Positions 27,241 to 39,500 of a DNA stretch of 64,000 nucleotides are shown in pieces; within the stretch, counting starts at the first letter, position 1, and the number at the start of each line of letters is the position of its first letter. The notes under the pieces were generated by a model. That model searched no databases. It had not been told where the DNA came from and saw only the letters and a program-made list of their open reading frames with translations. The stretch lies in NCBI RefSeq assembly GCF_009914755.1, contig NC_060936.1; one strand, given 5' to 3'. Origin of the DNA: the human T2T-CHM13v2.0 reference genome, Homo sapiens. A program made the translations under genes and the position numbers.

Positions 27241-27345
27241 CTCCTGCTGCAGCCGGTCTACTGAGGCGGGGATCTGTGTGGCTCTAGCCTGCCCGCAGTT
27301 CTTGGTCAGAGTCTGGCTCAAGTGCTGCTTCTGTTCATCACTCAG
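27241..27345 (-). pseudogene. TSPAN11-like CE4: LSDEQKQHLSQTLTKNCGQARATQIPASVDRLQQE
   Basis: CTCAG acceptor, GT donor (GTACAC, weak), 105 nt, frame open. Confidence 0.93.
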
Positions 27346-28224
27346 CTGAGGAGTGATAAGATGGCATCAGCGGGACCACCCCACCCTTGCCTACCACCCA
27401 GGCCTGCTGCCAGGCCTCCCCAGCTAACTCTAGAGCACTGTGGCCTGTGGATGGTGCGATGACTATCAGTGGGAAACAGGGCAGAAGATGGCCATAAAGA
27501 GGAGGTTACAGAAGCTGGGCCCTGATTCAGGGCGCAGGTGCACTGGGCAGAGCTGAGGGAGGCTGGGAGGCTCAGGTAAAGGGTGGCAGCCAGAGGTGGT
27601 GGGAGGCGGAGGTGAGGCTAGACACCAGAAACTGAAATGTCTATTGATCTTAATTTTGATTAAGAGGTGATATTCAAAATACTTACAATTGTTACCCTGT
27701 GAGCACCACTCCAGCATGGCTTAAACAGCCAGCAGGGTTGTGTTGTCTCTACCAGCTGAACGTTACCCTGGTCATGGCCTCAAACTCTCGATTCAGAGGG
27801 CAGCAGGGTGGGAGCAGATGGGACTGGTCACTGCGTCTCTGTTCAATCCAGGCAGGCAAGACCCGATCCTGTCTTCAGGGTCTTCCATGTGATCCTGGCC
27901 CAGGCCTTTCTTCTTGGATGCCTCTGACAGATGGATTCATTCTCTAGACCATCCTTGAAAGGGGAGAGGGATGACCTAAGCTCCCACGGGAAGCCCCCCT
28001 CCCCAACTCCCATGCAGAAGACATCAGCATCAGTGGAGTCAGGGAATTGCTGAAGCCAGGGCCAGCAGCTGGGATCCAGATGTGTGGAAGATTGCCAGGG
28101 TGGAAAGCGGGACCACCCCTGTGCCTGCCGCAGCTTCCCCCATCACCATGCACCCCCCTTATCCCCGCGCATGGCTTCATCGGGACACAGACAGAGAATG
28201 GAGGAGGAGGAAGCATCCACTCAC

Positions 28225-28295
28225 CCTCTGGTAACACACATGGGCCGGGACTCCCGCCACCAGCTCAACCAGATAATAAGTGACAGGCAGAAATA
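28225..28295 (-). pseudogene. TSPAN11-like CE3 (TM3): YFCLSLII / VELVAGVPAHVCYQR with 4-nt deletion
   Basis: Pyrimidine tract plus CCTAG acceptor, GTGAGT donor, 71 nt versus 75 expected, so frameshifted. Confidence 0.92.
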
Positions 28296-28509
28296 CTAGG
28301 AGCAAGGAGAGAAGAGGGTCACCACCAGGGATCAGGACACGCCTATGACCGATGTTTCCCCAACGTGGTGGGGGTGGTAGAGATAGCTGCTAGGGACCCC
28401 CATCACCTGTGCCATCTACCTTCTCTCGCCAGCAGCTCTGGACATCCCAGCCTTGCTGGCTGCTGGCAGCGAGTTTCCTACTCATCCCTTTGCTCATTGG
28501 ACTGGCAGC

Positions 28510-28870
28510 AATTCAGTAATCCACCTACCCATCCAATATGTATAAATACCTGCTGTATGCCAGGTGCCAAGTAGCGTAAGACAACTATTGTCCTCAAAGT
28601 TATTAATGGTGGGGAGGACAGGTGAGTGATTACAATCAATGTAATTGCTATCAGTGTAACTGTGGGTTAAGCCCTAGAAATGATGGGAGGCTCCTGGCGG
28701 GGAGGGCAGTCAGAGAAGGCTTCCTGGAGGCGGTGACACCTGAGGGGCATCTCTAAGGACAAGCAGGCATTAGCCAAGCGAAGAAGGAGGGAAGTGCATT
28801 CCAGGCAGACGGGAGCGCACGTACAAAGCCTGGAGCCTGAGGAAAGCATGGGGCACTTGTGTTCAGGGAG
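28510..28870 (-). mobile_element. L2 fragment
   Basis: ACCTGCTGTATGCCAGGTGC...AGAAGGCTTCCTGGAGG...CATTCCAGGCAGA; approximate. Confidence 0.55.
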
Positions 28871-31800
28871 CAGAGTGCGCCCACATGGCTGGAGTGCAGG
28901 GCTGGGCAGCAGCAACCAAGGCTCAGGAAAAAGCAAAGGCAGAAATCAGAAAGGTGATTCGTGTGTCCTCTTCCAGCCCCGATGCCCATTCCCTGTCCTG
29001 CGTGGCCCCGCAGGGGTTCTCAGTTCCTCTCACCGCTGCCTGGCCACCTCTAGGCTTGGGGTTGCCCTTCTTGCTTTATGGCCCCGCTGCAGCCACTGCC
29101 TGACTTCCTGGCCATGCACACACGCAGGGAAGGTGTGACCCTCCTCATTCCCAGCTGGCTTTCCACCTCAGGGAGGCTCGTGCTCCACCCTGACCCTGGC
29201 GTGTTCTTGCAGCAGCCAACAGGTCTGAAACGCATGTCAGTCCCACTTGGGCTGGAGGGGGCAGGGAGAGGGGGATGAAGCCAGATAAGTTCAGGCAACC
29301 GAGGAGCACTGGGCAGGAACAAGGGAAGAGAAGGGAGGAGAGAAGACGGGGGAGGACTGTTGATGGAAATTGGCCGTGCCCTGGGGGAGTTCAGCCGCAC
29401 TCATGAGCACCTCCCCCCGAGCTGCCCCTGGGCACTGCCCACCCCTCTGGCCACAGCAGGGTAGCTGCCCATAGTCACTGGGATGGCTGGGTTCTAGGGA
29501 AGGCCCAGGCTATGGGTGACACCTGACGCTCTAGGGCTCACCCAGCAGGGAAAGGAGGGTGGGCTGGAGGGAGACAGTTGGGGGTGGGGGGCTCCTTAGG
29601 ATGGACTGGGGCTGTGGCCAGTTTCAGAGGCAAGGCCAGTGCAGGGGCCCATGGGGCTTATCCAATCACCTCCTGCACCATTCGGCAAGGAGCCTGGTAT
29701 GAGCAGGGCTTAAGGAACACAAGGAGAGGGGACATTTCTTCATACAGGGAAAGAGCCTCAGCCCAAGAATAAGGCTTTTAAATGAAGCGAGTTACTCGCC
29801 CCCTGCTCCAAGTTTACTGCGCCGTATTTGTTGTCTCCCAGCGTTGGAGCTGGCCAACAGTGGGGATAGCGGGGGAATTTTCCGTCTCGGAATAACGGTG
29901 TCAGGCCTGCCCCCATCACTTGAGGGCCTGAGGCAAAGCCTATGAAACAGGTCCCTACCTCACTCCTTTTCTACCCCAGGCTCTATGCTGCACCAGGAAA
30001 GGCCTCCTGTCCGCCCTCCCCCAGGGGGAGATGCCCCTTAGCCGAGCCCGTGGAGAGGGCTGGGTGTGGTGCTGTGTGGGTACAGGTGAGAGGGGCACGT
30101 CCCAGGGGTCCCGTCAGCTCCAGGACACCTGTGCAGATGCTGCATGCATAGGCTGAATGGACAGAGGATTCCAAGCTCCTGGGTTCCTGGGAGGAGGTCT
30201 AGAAGTGGGGAAAGGGAGCCGCAGGTTCCACAAAGGGACATCTCTCAGCCCCACAGACTTTCCGCTCCATGGGGAGAGGTGTGGAGGAAGGAGGGCTGAG
30301 TGCGGCCCAGGCAAAGGCCCCGCTTGCCTGGGTCTGTGGGTGGTATTGAGTGGTATCCCCAGGAAGCTGAGGCAGGAGGCTGACGAGGGTTTGTGGATGG
30401 TTCCTCTGCTGGGGGAGCCCCTGAAAAGTAGGGCCTGAATGCCAAGGGAGGCTGGCAGAGATGCCCATGAACTGGCCTTGGGTCTAGTCTCCACCATCTG
30501 CTGACTCCAGTCGGGTGGCTGCTAGTGCCTTGGTGTAAATTAGAAAAATGTGCTCCAATGAGAAAAAATGTGGCTCAGAAAGAGTCGAGTGGCCCGCATT
30601 TCAGCCTTCTCTGGTCCCCTTGCATAGGACGCAACGTTTAGGGCCATCCACGGTGGCCCTGACTGTGGGCTGTGCCTCCCTGTCCTCATCAGCAGATGGG
30701 GAAGATGTCTACTGCCGGTTCTGCCCACCCCAAGTGGATGGGGGCACCCAACAGGGAAGTGGTGGGAGGGACAGGCTTCAGTGGTCTGCCCTGCCTCCTG
30801 ACTTCCCTGAAGTTGAGGTCCCATAGCATGAGGTGTGTGGTCCTTGTCAGCCAGTGGCAGGTGCGGTTGGTGCAGCCCAGCACTCACCCTCCTGGGAGCC
30901 GCCTGGCCCATCAGACAGAGTGTGGCTGCTTCCACCCGCACCCAGGGGCTCTCCCAGACCCCCGCACTGCTGGGCCCCACAGCTCCTCTCTGACATGGGT
31001 GCCTTTCCCGCTGGCTCCAAATTGCCCTCCCCTCCCACTGTGGTGCACAGGCCGACTCCCTGCTGCCGCCCAGAACCTAGAGGGAGTGAGGTGCTGCAGC
31101 GTCTGTAACTGAACGGGAGACCCAGGCCGCTGGCAGCAGGGAGGGCTGCATCCTGGCATCTCACCACCTTCCTTCTATTACCACCATGGGCTGGGAGTCA
31201 GGCCCAGAAGATAGTCCTGAAGAGGTGGCAGCGTCACGCTGCTCCCCTGGGAGTCCCTGCCCTGGTTGCTATTCAAGACAGGGTGGGGAACAGGGAGGAT
31301 GGGAAGGGAGAGACACAACCTCACCGCTTAAGTTTAATGGCAGGCTGTTAGCACCCGCCAGTGCTGCAAAGTCCGGTCAGAGGCATCACACAGGCTACCG
31401 ACCTGCTGGAGGGGTGAGGAGGAGGGGGGGGCGAGTGCTGGGCAGGGGTGAGGGGTGTGGGGACAGCCTCCCGAGTAAGGGGCTCCAGCATGTAAGGACA
31501 CCTGGGAGGGGAGCGAGGGGCTGGCCTGGGACTTCAAGGGACTGAGGCTGGGTGGCCCCAGCTGCTGGCTCCAGGCAGCAGCTTCCGCAGCGGGAGGGCT
31601 GCAGGTGTGTGACTCACCTGGGTGGGGGAGGCCCTGAGTCACGGCTCCTGGTGTGACAGCCCCAGGAAGCAGGCCAAGAGCCCTGCTCATCTGGATCCCG
31701 CACTGAGGCTGGCTAGAACTCCCGGGCAGTGGGCCGGGCTGTTGGGCCTTTAGCTGTGTGACAGCACAGATGCCAACAAATCCACCTTTGCCCCGCTACC

Positions 31801-32540
31801 CTGCATTTACCCAGCGTTTCCCGGCTCCCTCCGTGCATCGGAATCATCTCAGGGCTCCCGCGGCACATGTTGGCTGTCTGCAAAGCGGAGAAACATCCCT
31901 CGTGTTGCTTTATGAAGCTCCTTTCATGCAGGCCAGGCATCTAGCCTTCAGGCCTTTGCTCTCTCCGTCCCCAACTGCCTGGAAAGCCGGTGCCTCCTTG
32001 TCCTTCAATACCCAGCTCAGCTCAGTCATGGCTCCACTAAGCCATGCCAGGTAGCAGCGATGGCTACTCCCTGCCCTCCAATGCCTGCAGCGTGTCATCT
32101 GCTGTCTCCTGACACCAGCACTTTCTGCTTTGCCCCTTCTCTCCTCAGCTAGGCGGGGCTCCGCCTCCGTGTCCCTCCGCATGCCTGCTGCATGATTCCT
32201 GGGTGTAGGTCTCCACTGGATGAACGGCACAACTTCCCCCACTGCCCTGTATCAGTTGCTTTTGTTTCAGGTGTTACCACTGTCCCCCCAGAATGACTGT
32301 GAGCTTCTGGGCATGGGGACCAGCACACTCCTCCACGGTGCCTGGTGCATGCTCAGTGTAGAGGCATGCTTGGTGAACATCCCCTGATTAAGGTGTGGGC
32401 GTGCGCTGTCTTACAAAGCACACCTGGGAGGCAGCAGGAACCCGTGGGAGCGTGCCAGCCCCACACTGAGGGCAGTAGTTTCATCTTTTTCTGGTACTTC
32501 CGAGAGTACCATAGAACAATTACCTTAGTTAAATTTATAC

Positions 32541-32750
32541 CAGTGCTTCTCAACCTGGCTGGATTTGGCCCTCAGGGGACATTTGGCAATGTCTGGAGAC
32601 TTTTGCTGTTGTCATTAGCTGGGGAAGGAGTATTACCAGTGGGTAGAGACCAGGGATGCTGCTGAGCGCCCTACAGCGCATGGGGCAGTCCCCTGCGGCA
32701 AAGAATCATCAGGCCCCAAATGTCGGTAGCGCCGAGGTTGAGAAACCCTG
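32541..32750 (+). mobile_element. MER20 hAT-Charlie element
   Basis: CAGTGCTTCTCAACC...GGGGACATTTGGCAATGTCTGGAGAC...GCCGAGGTTGAGAAACCCTG. Confidence 0.88.
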
Positions 32751-35700
32751 GGCCACACATTGACAGCTGACGCTGGGACTTGATTTGTTTATGTGCCCCT
32801 ATACACTACGGGAGGCACAAATGGAAGATCCGAGGAGCCAGGAACGGAACACGGACAGAAGCATGCACGGCCTTGTGCGCTGTGCCTGCCTGGGAGGGCA
32901 GCTCTGTGGCAGGAGGCTGCTCACCTGGACACAGGAAGGATCAGGGAAGCCCGTACTGCTCCAGCTCACATCCTCACGGGACCTGGAGGCTGGAGAGGGA
33001 ATTCCAGGAGTCCAGGTACATCCTGTCTGGTCCCAAGATCTCTGAAGGGTTCCCTGGGGACAGTCTGTTTCCTGAAGCAGCTGTGGAGTCCTCCAGCTTC
33101 CTTCGTGAGCTAGGGAGGGGGGTGCTGCCGTGATTCTGTAAGAGCTTGACTCCAGGAAGCACGAAGAAGGCTCCAGAGACAGCTTTTGCCTTGATTAAGT
33201 TTGATTTGATGTGTTTTTGAATTATTAAACAAAAGTCAGTAAGAAATTCTCAGGTGCCCTGTAATCTGGAGGAGTTCTATTTCCACACGGTTAGTATCAC
33301 TGGACCCCATGCTGTCCTGCTTCTCCCAGCTCACCAGACCAAGGAGGGTCCATGCTGCACCAGCAGAGCCCCGCATTCTCTTCAGCGTCCCCACCCCCCC
33401 CCCCAGAATTGCTGGCCAGTGGCTTAGGAGGCAACACCCCAACTCAGGGTGTGCTGGTCTTGCTTCTCAAGCCTAGTAGGAGAAGAGCAGAGGGGCACGC
33501 AGTGTTTTCAGGGCGGGAGCAGCAGAAAGCATCCCTTTTTTTTCTCCAAAAGAAAAAAAAAGCACCCTTCCTTGGCAGAGTCAGCACCTTGCTCATGTGA
33601 GCAGCCCAGGAGCACCAAGCAGAGCCCGGCACACGGTGGTGCTCCATGACAGTGACAGCCAACATGTATGAGTGCTCCCAGGTGCCGGCCCCCTTGCAAG
33701 CACTTTGCGTGTCTCTCCCATCCACCCTCAGAGATGAGTACTAGCATTACTCATCACATTGCCACGTGGGCACGAGCATCAGCCTCGTTTTCTAGATGAG
33801 CACACGTGCGTGGAGAAGCTAAGTAGCTTGCCTGAGGTCACACAGCAAATACGTGGCTGGGTGAGGCATGGAACCCAGGAATTCTGGCTGCAGAGCCTGT
33901 GCTCGGTCCTGCTACGTGCTACTTTCCCCACTGAACAACGGATGCGCGGATGGATGGATGAGCACTGGGCTCATTTAGCGGGGATTCAGCACGTTAGGGC
34001 TGGTGTGGTTCAGGTGGACACAGGGGTGTTAGGTGCTCCCCCAAGGGACAGGGTGTCAGGAGGGGTGAGGGGTGAGAGGGTGAAGATGGAGAAAAAAAAG
34101 GGAAGCCCGGGGAAGCTTTCCCCAGGCACACGAGCATCCCTCACTGCCCTGCGCTCAGCCTCTTGCCAACTGTCCAGGGCACCAGCCTTCTGTGGTCCCC
34201 TTGCATAGGACACAACCTTTAGGGCCATCCATGGTGGCCCTGTGGGCTGAGCTTCTGTATCCTCGCCAGCAGATGGGGTAAGTCAGTGATGCTCCAGGCA
34301 GTACCCCCTTGGGCAGGCTGCCCTGCTCCTTGCCAGCAGTGGTGGAGCATCTCCTGCCTGCTCCTCCACCCCCGTGGCTTGTCCTGGGTTCAGGGCCACG
34401 GGCTGTAATGTGGGTCTCTGCCCCCTCCACCCTTCCCATTACTCAGCCCAGCCTACTCTGATCTCAGAAGCTAGTCACTGTCTCTACAGCCTGTGAAGCA
34501 TTCCCTGTGTGTACACAGATCCTCACACAGCAAAGCTTCCAGCCTCCCTGCCTTTGCTCTCTGGCTGTTCCTCCTGCCTGGAATTCCCTGCCCTGGCCCC
34601 ATCTGTGTTCCGTTTATTGGCTGCTCAGCCACCAATATTCAGCTCAGGCATGGCCTCCATAAAGCCTTGGGCCAGAAGCTTCTGACCCGTGAGCTCACTG
34701 CTGGCATCCTTGTTTCCGAGCCTCCTTCTGGCTCCAGGCCTCTCTGCTTGTCTTGCTCCCTGGGCTGTGTACACTTGGATCCCTGCTTGCCCTCCTGGCT
34801 CTCACCTGTGCCTTGTTGTGCCTTCGTGGACCCTGTGCACCAGGGTGTGAACTGAACCTACCCAATGAACTCCAGTCTGACCCCCAGCTCCACTCTGGTT
34901 TTTGTGACCGGTCTGCCCCCTGCAGACTCAGGGCTGCACCATCCTTCTAGAAGCAACCATCTAATGGCCTGGTCTGATGGAAACGGGTAATGAGAATCCC
35001 AAAGAAAGCTCCTCTAGCATCTGCCTTCCATAAGAACGACTCAATTTCAGGCTCAAAACATAGAGGGAACCAGTGTTTTAGGCACAGAATGGGACCCAAA
35101 CGTTAATTCCCACCCCTTCCTCATACCATAGTGGGGTTTTTTCCATTAACTCTTTAACAGGGCAGCTTAAACTAGAAGCAGAGTTGGATACTTTCTAAAA
35201 CTATAGATCCAAAGTGAAGCTGGAACAGCATAGCATTTTCTGAATCAAACCAATACTTTCTTTAATGAGACGCTTTGCAGGAAATATGCAGAAATATTTC
35301 TCATTGTGACATTGAGACGAGTAACTAGAAATGGAATCTTTGGAGGGACTTATACCACATGGGGGCAAACTGAGCCCCAGATAAGAGTTTCTGGGGCAGA
35401 TGCACTGGTGCATAAGAGACAGGGCAACTGAGCTTCAGCTGGTGCCATCCTTGAGGTAAGTTTGAAGAACTTTGTAAAACTGGAATTTCAGAATTTCTCC
35501 ATTGGACTGATTCTGCCACAAAGAGGGAGCTTCGTGGAAGCATTCATTTTCCTCTTTTGTCTCTCCAACCATCCTGTATGATTAGATAGACACAGGGTTT
35601 GCAAAATTTCCTGCAAGTGATAGCCTGATGGTGGAGGCTCGGTGTCCAGGCAGGTCACGACAAGGTGGAGGGACTAGCCTATTCCCAGAACAGCCTCGCA

Positions 35701-36345
35701 TCAGCACAACACAAGGATCAAGACGTCGCCAAGTTAAGCTGGAGGGAGAAGAGCCCAGCCTGAGGCTCCCAGCCGGCTGTGTTTGAGAGGATCACAGAAG
35801 CAGGTGGAGGGAGGGCCAGGGAGCCCAGAACGACCGGCCAAACAGGAAAAGACGAAGCCAGCTGTTTAAACGGCAATGACCTCAGGGCGAATTATTTTCT
35901 GGCAATTAACCATGGACTGGAGGCAGCTCAGAGGTGCAGCTGCCTGGCCTGTTTGTGCAAACCAGAGGATGTGAATTTGGAAGCCTCAAGCCATTCCTGT
36001 AACAAGATGTCATTGTCGGAAGGCTGAAGGTGACCTCTACCCCTCCTGGCCCCAGCCCAGGGCTCACACCCTGGGCTATCCAGCCGCAGCTATGGTGGAG
36101 GTTGGGACTCAGCCATTCCACTGGGAGCAGCTCTACAGTGAGGACAAGAGGATGAGCTCTGGCCAGTTTCTGATACTAACATACATTCCTGACCCGGGGG
36201 GCTGGGAGCAGAGAAGAGGACCAGGGCTGGGGTAAGGAGAGCTGTAGATGAGATGGAGTGAGGGTTAAGTTGGAAGAGGCAGGGAGGGAGCAAACTGGAT
36301 GCTGGGGAAGCAGGAGGTATTCTACAAGCACATCAAGGAAATGCA

Positions 36346-36490
36346 GCTGAGCAGTTGCACTTGCTCACACCTGTAAGCCCAGCAACTTGGAGCTGAGGCA
36401 GGAGAACTGCTTGAGTCCAGGAGTTTGAGACCAGCCTGGACAATATAGCAAGACCTGTTTCTCAAAAAATAAAATAGGAAAAAAAGAGAA
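36346..36490 (+). mobile_element. Alu monomer (FLAM-like)
   Basis: CACCTGTAAGCCCAGC...GCTTGAGTCCAGGAGTTTGAGACCAGCCTGG plus A-rich tail. Confidence 0.82.
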
Positions 36491-36542
36491 AATGTGGCTG
36501 AGGCCATCCAAAGCGCCAGCCCAAATGTTGGGGTCTAAGAGG

Positions 36543-36545
<3 letters not shown>

Positions 36546-36596
<51 letters not shown>
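36546..36596. repeat. Perfect (GT)~25 microsatellite
   Basis: Direct read. Confidence 0.95.
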
Positions 36597-36597
<1 letters not shown>

Positions 36598-39500
36598 TGG
36601 GGGGTGGGCCTGGAAGGAGAACAGAATTCCAGAACTACACGCCCAAGACAGGCGTCCACTGAGCTTCAAGCTGGGACTATTAAGAACTTAGTTGGAATGG
36701 GCTGAGTCAGGGCAGCACCCAGAGAGGGCAGCAGGGCCTGGCCAGCAGGCTGGGGGGATGGGGGCCAGGTGCCCCATGGGGAGACACAGAGCAGGGGACT
36801 CAGAGGATGCTCAGTGGATTCAGGTATAGGGAGGTGACCAATTGCCACTTCTTCCCAGCCCCCCCTGGAAAGCACTAGACATTCCCGTGGCTGTCTTCTT
36901 ACAAGCTTTGGACAGAGATGGTGCAGCCTGCAGATACCTGTGCACACAGGTGGACAGAAGGGACTGTGCAGGTGGTGAAGGTGGGATAAGAGCAGTGGCA
37001 AGGGCCCCAGGGCAGGACTAGTGGTGTGTCCCTAGCAGTGGTAATTCGTCCTAGGACAAAAGTGGCTATGGGGGGTAGGGAAGGCTACCAAGAACAAGAG
37101 TGAGGAGATACCAAGAACAGGGCAGCCTAAAGGTTAGGAAAAGTCCTGAGGCCCAGAGAGGTCAGAGCCTCTGACCAAATCCAAACACAAATTCAAACCA
37201 CCTGCACGGTCCTTTACCTTTTAATGCAGGCACCTGGTGTTCCTCGCTAGAATCCAAGCCTAGAACTGGGCCACAGTCCCGTTCTTCCTCTCCCCTTCTC
37301 ACCCTGTGTTTTGCCCAGCAGAGCAGGAAAGCTGAGAATGTGCTGGAAATGCTTGTTGAGGCCGACGTGTCAGGCAGCCCATCAGTGCAGGATGGAGCCT
37401 CGGTTGCAGAGAACTGCAGGGAGGTGGTGTGGAAGCTCATTGGCTGTAAGAACTGCTCCGCTGCGACAGTGCTGCTGGAGGTGGTGGTGAACAGGTACAC
37501 CCACTGCAGCCTGGAGAGGTGGATGTTGACGCAAAGTCTATGAGTCTCTTGTGCAGCCAGCTCAAGGCTGGCTCTTCAGGATGTTTGTGTCCTGCTTCCC
37601 AAAGAGCCTTCAGGCTTCAGAGGTCATCTTCTCCATTCCCCTGGCTCTACCACACAAGCCACCCTGGATGAGGAGAGGTTCATGCCAGAGAGGGGTCGGG
37701 ATTCTCCAAGCCCTGGCTGCAGGAGAATTTTTGGAGCATGGGGGCTGTCATCTGACCAAAGATGAAAATACCACCTAACAGACGAGGCAAGGCCCACCGT
37801 GGGGCTGGGTGGCTGGTGGAGCAACAGAAAGGAACATGTGGGTGAGAAATGAGGGGAGGATGCAGTCCAGTTCCCGGGTCCAGGGACCCAGGTTCCCCCG
37901 AACTTCCCACCAGTCCCAGCTTCTTTAGAGGATGTGGCCCAGCCAAGGCTGTGGGGGTCTGGGGGCAGTGGGCCCAAGAATAACTCTTACTTATGTAGGT
38001 CTCTTCTCAAAGGAGCTTGGCCATGGTGACGGTGATGAGAATGTTCACCAGAGCCACATTTTTACAATCTTTATATAATGTGGTGACTCGTTTCCTAAGA
38101 CCTGAAAATACTTCCTCCTTATCCTCACACCTCGTCCCAGATAAAATGGCAACGCCAAAGTGGCAAAGCAGAAAGCAGTGACTTACCTGAGGCCCCAGAG
38201 CAAGCTGGGCAAGCTCCATGAAAACCAGCTTTTCAGCCTGAGCCCAGATATTATCTTTGATCCTGGACCCCATTGCCCTGGCTGACCAAGCCTCGGCATA
38301 TTTGATGGAAGTGTTGCAATTCTGGCTCCCCTCATTTTCAGAAATTAGTTTCTAGGACTTCTTACTTTTTAATCCATCCCCTGATAAAGACCCAGTTAAG
38401 TCTGAACCATCCATCATGATGTTCATTTGGCTTAAGATATAAAAGTTTTCAGAGCCCACATTCAAAACTCTAAAAATATCTTCCTCTTTTGATCTAGGTG
38501 GCATCTGTCCTGGTCATCGGCCTCGGGTCCAGATGGCCTGAATTATCTGTCTCTCTCATGCAGTCTTTGCTAAAAGAGAAGGTCTGGTGTAAATAATTTA
38601 AACCCCATTCCCTTCCCCTCTCTGCAGATTTCTGATGCCAAGCTGATCATCGTCTCAGCACCAGCAAAGACATGCTATTCCCGTCCCTGACGAGCATTTC
38701 CTTCTTGAGAAAGTGATTTTGAGGGGCTGCAGATGTACTTGGAGGAAGGTTTGGGCCGGGACAGATGACGTGCCCATGTGGGAGCTGGACGGCCCCTCTC
38801 TGGGTAGCTCCCTGGGAACTCCCATGTCCGCCTCCCGCTGCCTCCTGATCCAAGGTGGATGCACTTCATTTGAGGCCTGGTCTTTCGTCCTTCCCTCTCC
38901 TCTTCGGGGACCACTTTGTCTAGTGCTAGACTCATTGTGCTTCCCCCTTGGGGCTTCCTTCAGCCCTCAGCCGATTCAAGATTTCAAAAGGAAGTTGGAC
39001 ATGGAGAGGAAAAAAGAAATGAAACCAGGAAGGAACCGCCAAGAAGCACACAACGCGTTTATGCTGCCTTAACCACACGCTTGACTCTAAATGGGTTTAA
39101 AAATTCCTACTTGTGTTAGCCCAAGAAAGTTTCTGCAGCCGTCTTTTTGGTTTAAACAATCAAATGCTCAATAATTCTGGGGCTGGTGGGCCAGGATATG
39201 GGTTACTCAGATCTTCTGCTTCACCCCATGCTCGGTCCCTGAGCCAGTTCTGTCATTGGTTCTTTCAGACCAGGGCAGGAAAAGTCAAGAAAGCAAAAGC
39301 GGATTCTAGGCTGTGGGGTTTGCTGTTTGCTAGCCCCCTGGCAGAGATGCCTGTCCTTGCAGTCCTGAACTGGTGGCCAAGTGTGCATGCATGCACGTGC
39401 AGGTGTGTGCATGTGCAGGTGTGCATGCGTGTATGTGTGCACACACATTCATGCTTGTACATGTTTGTGTACACGCACACTTTTTTCTGCTTTCAATTTC

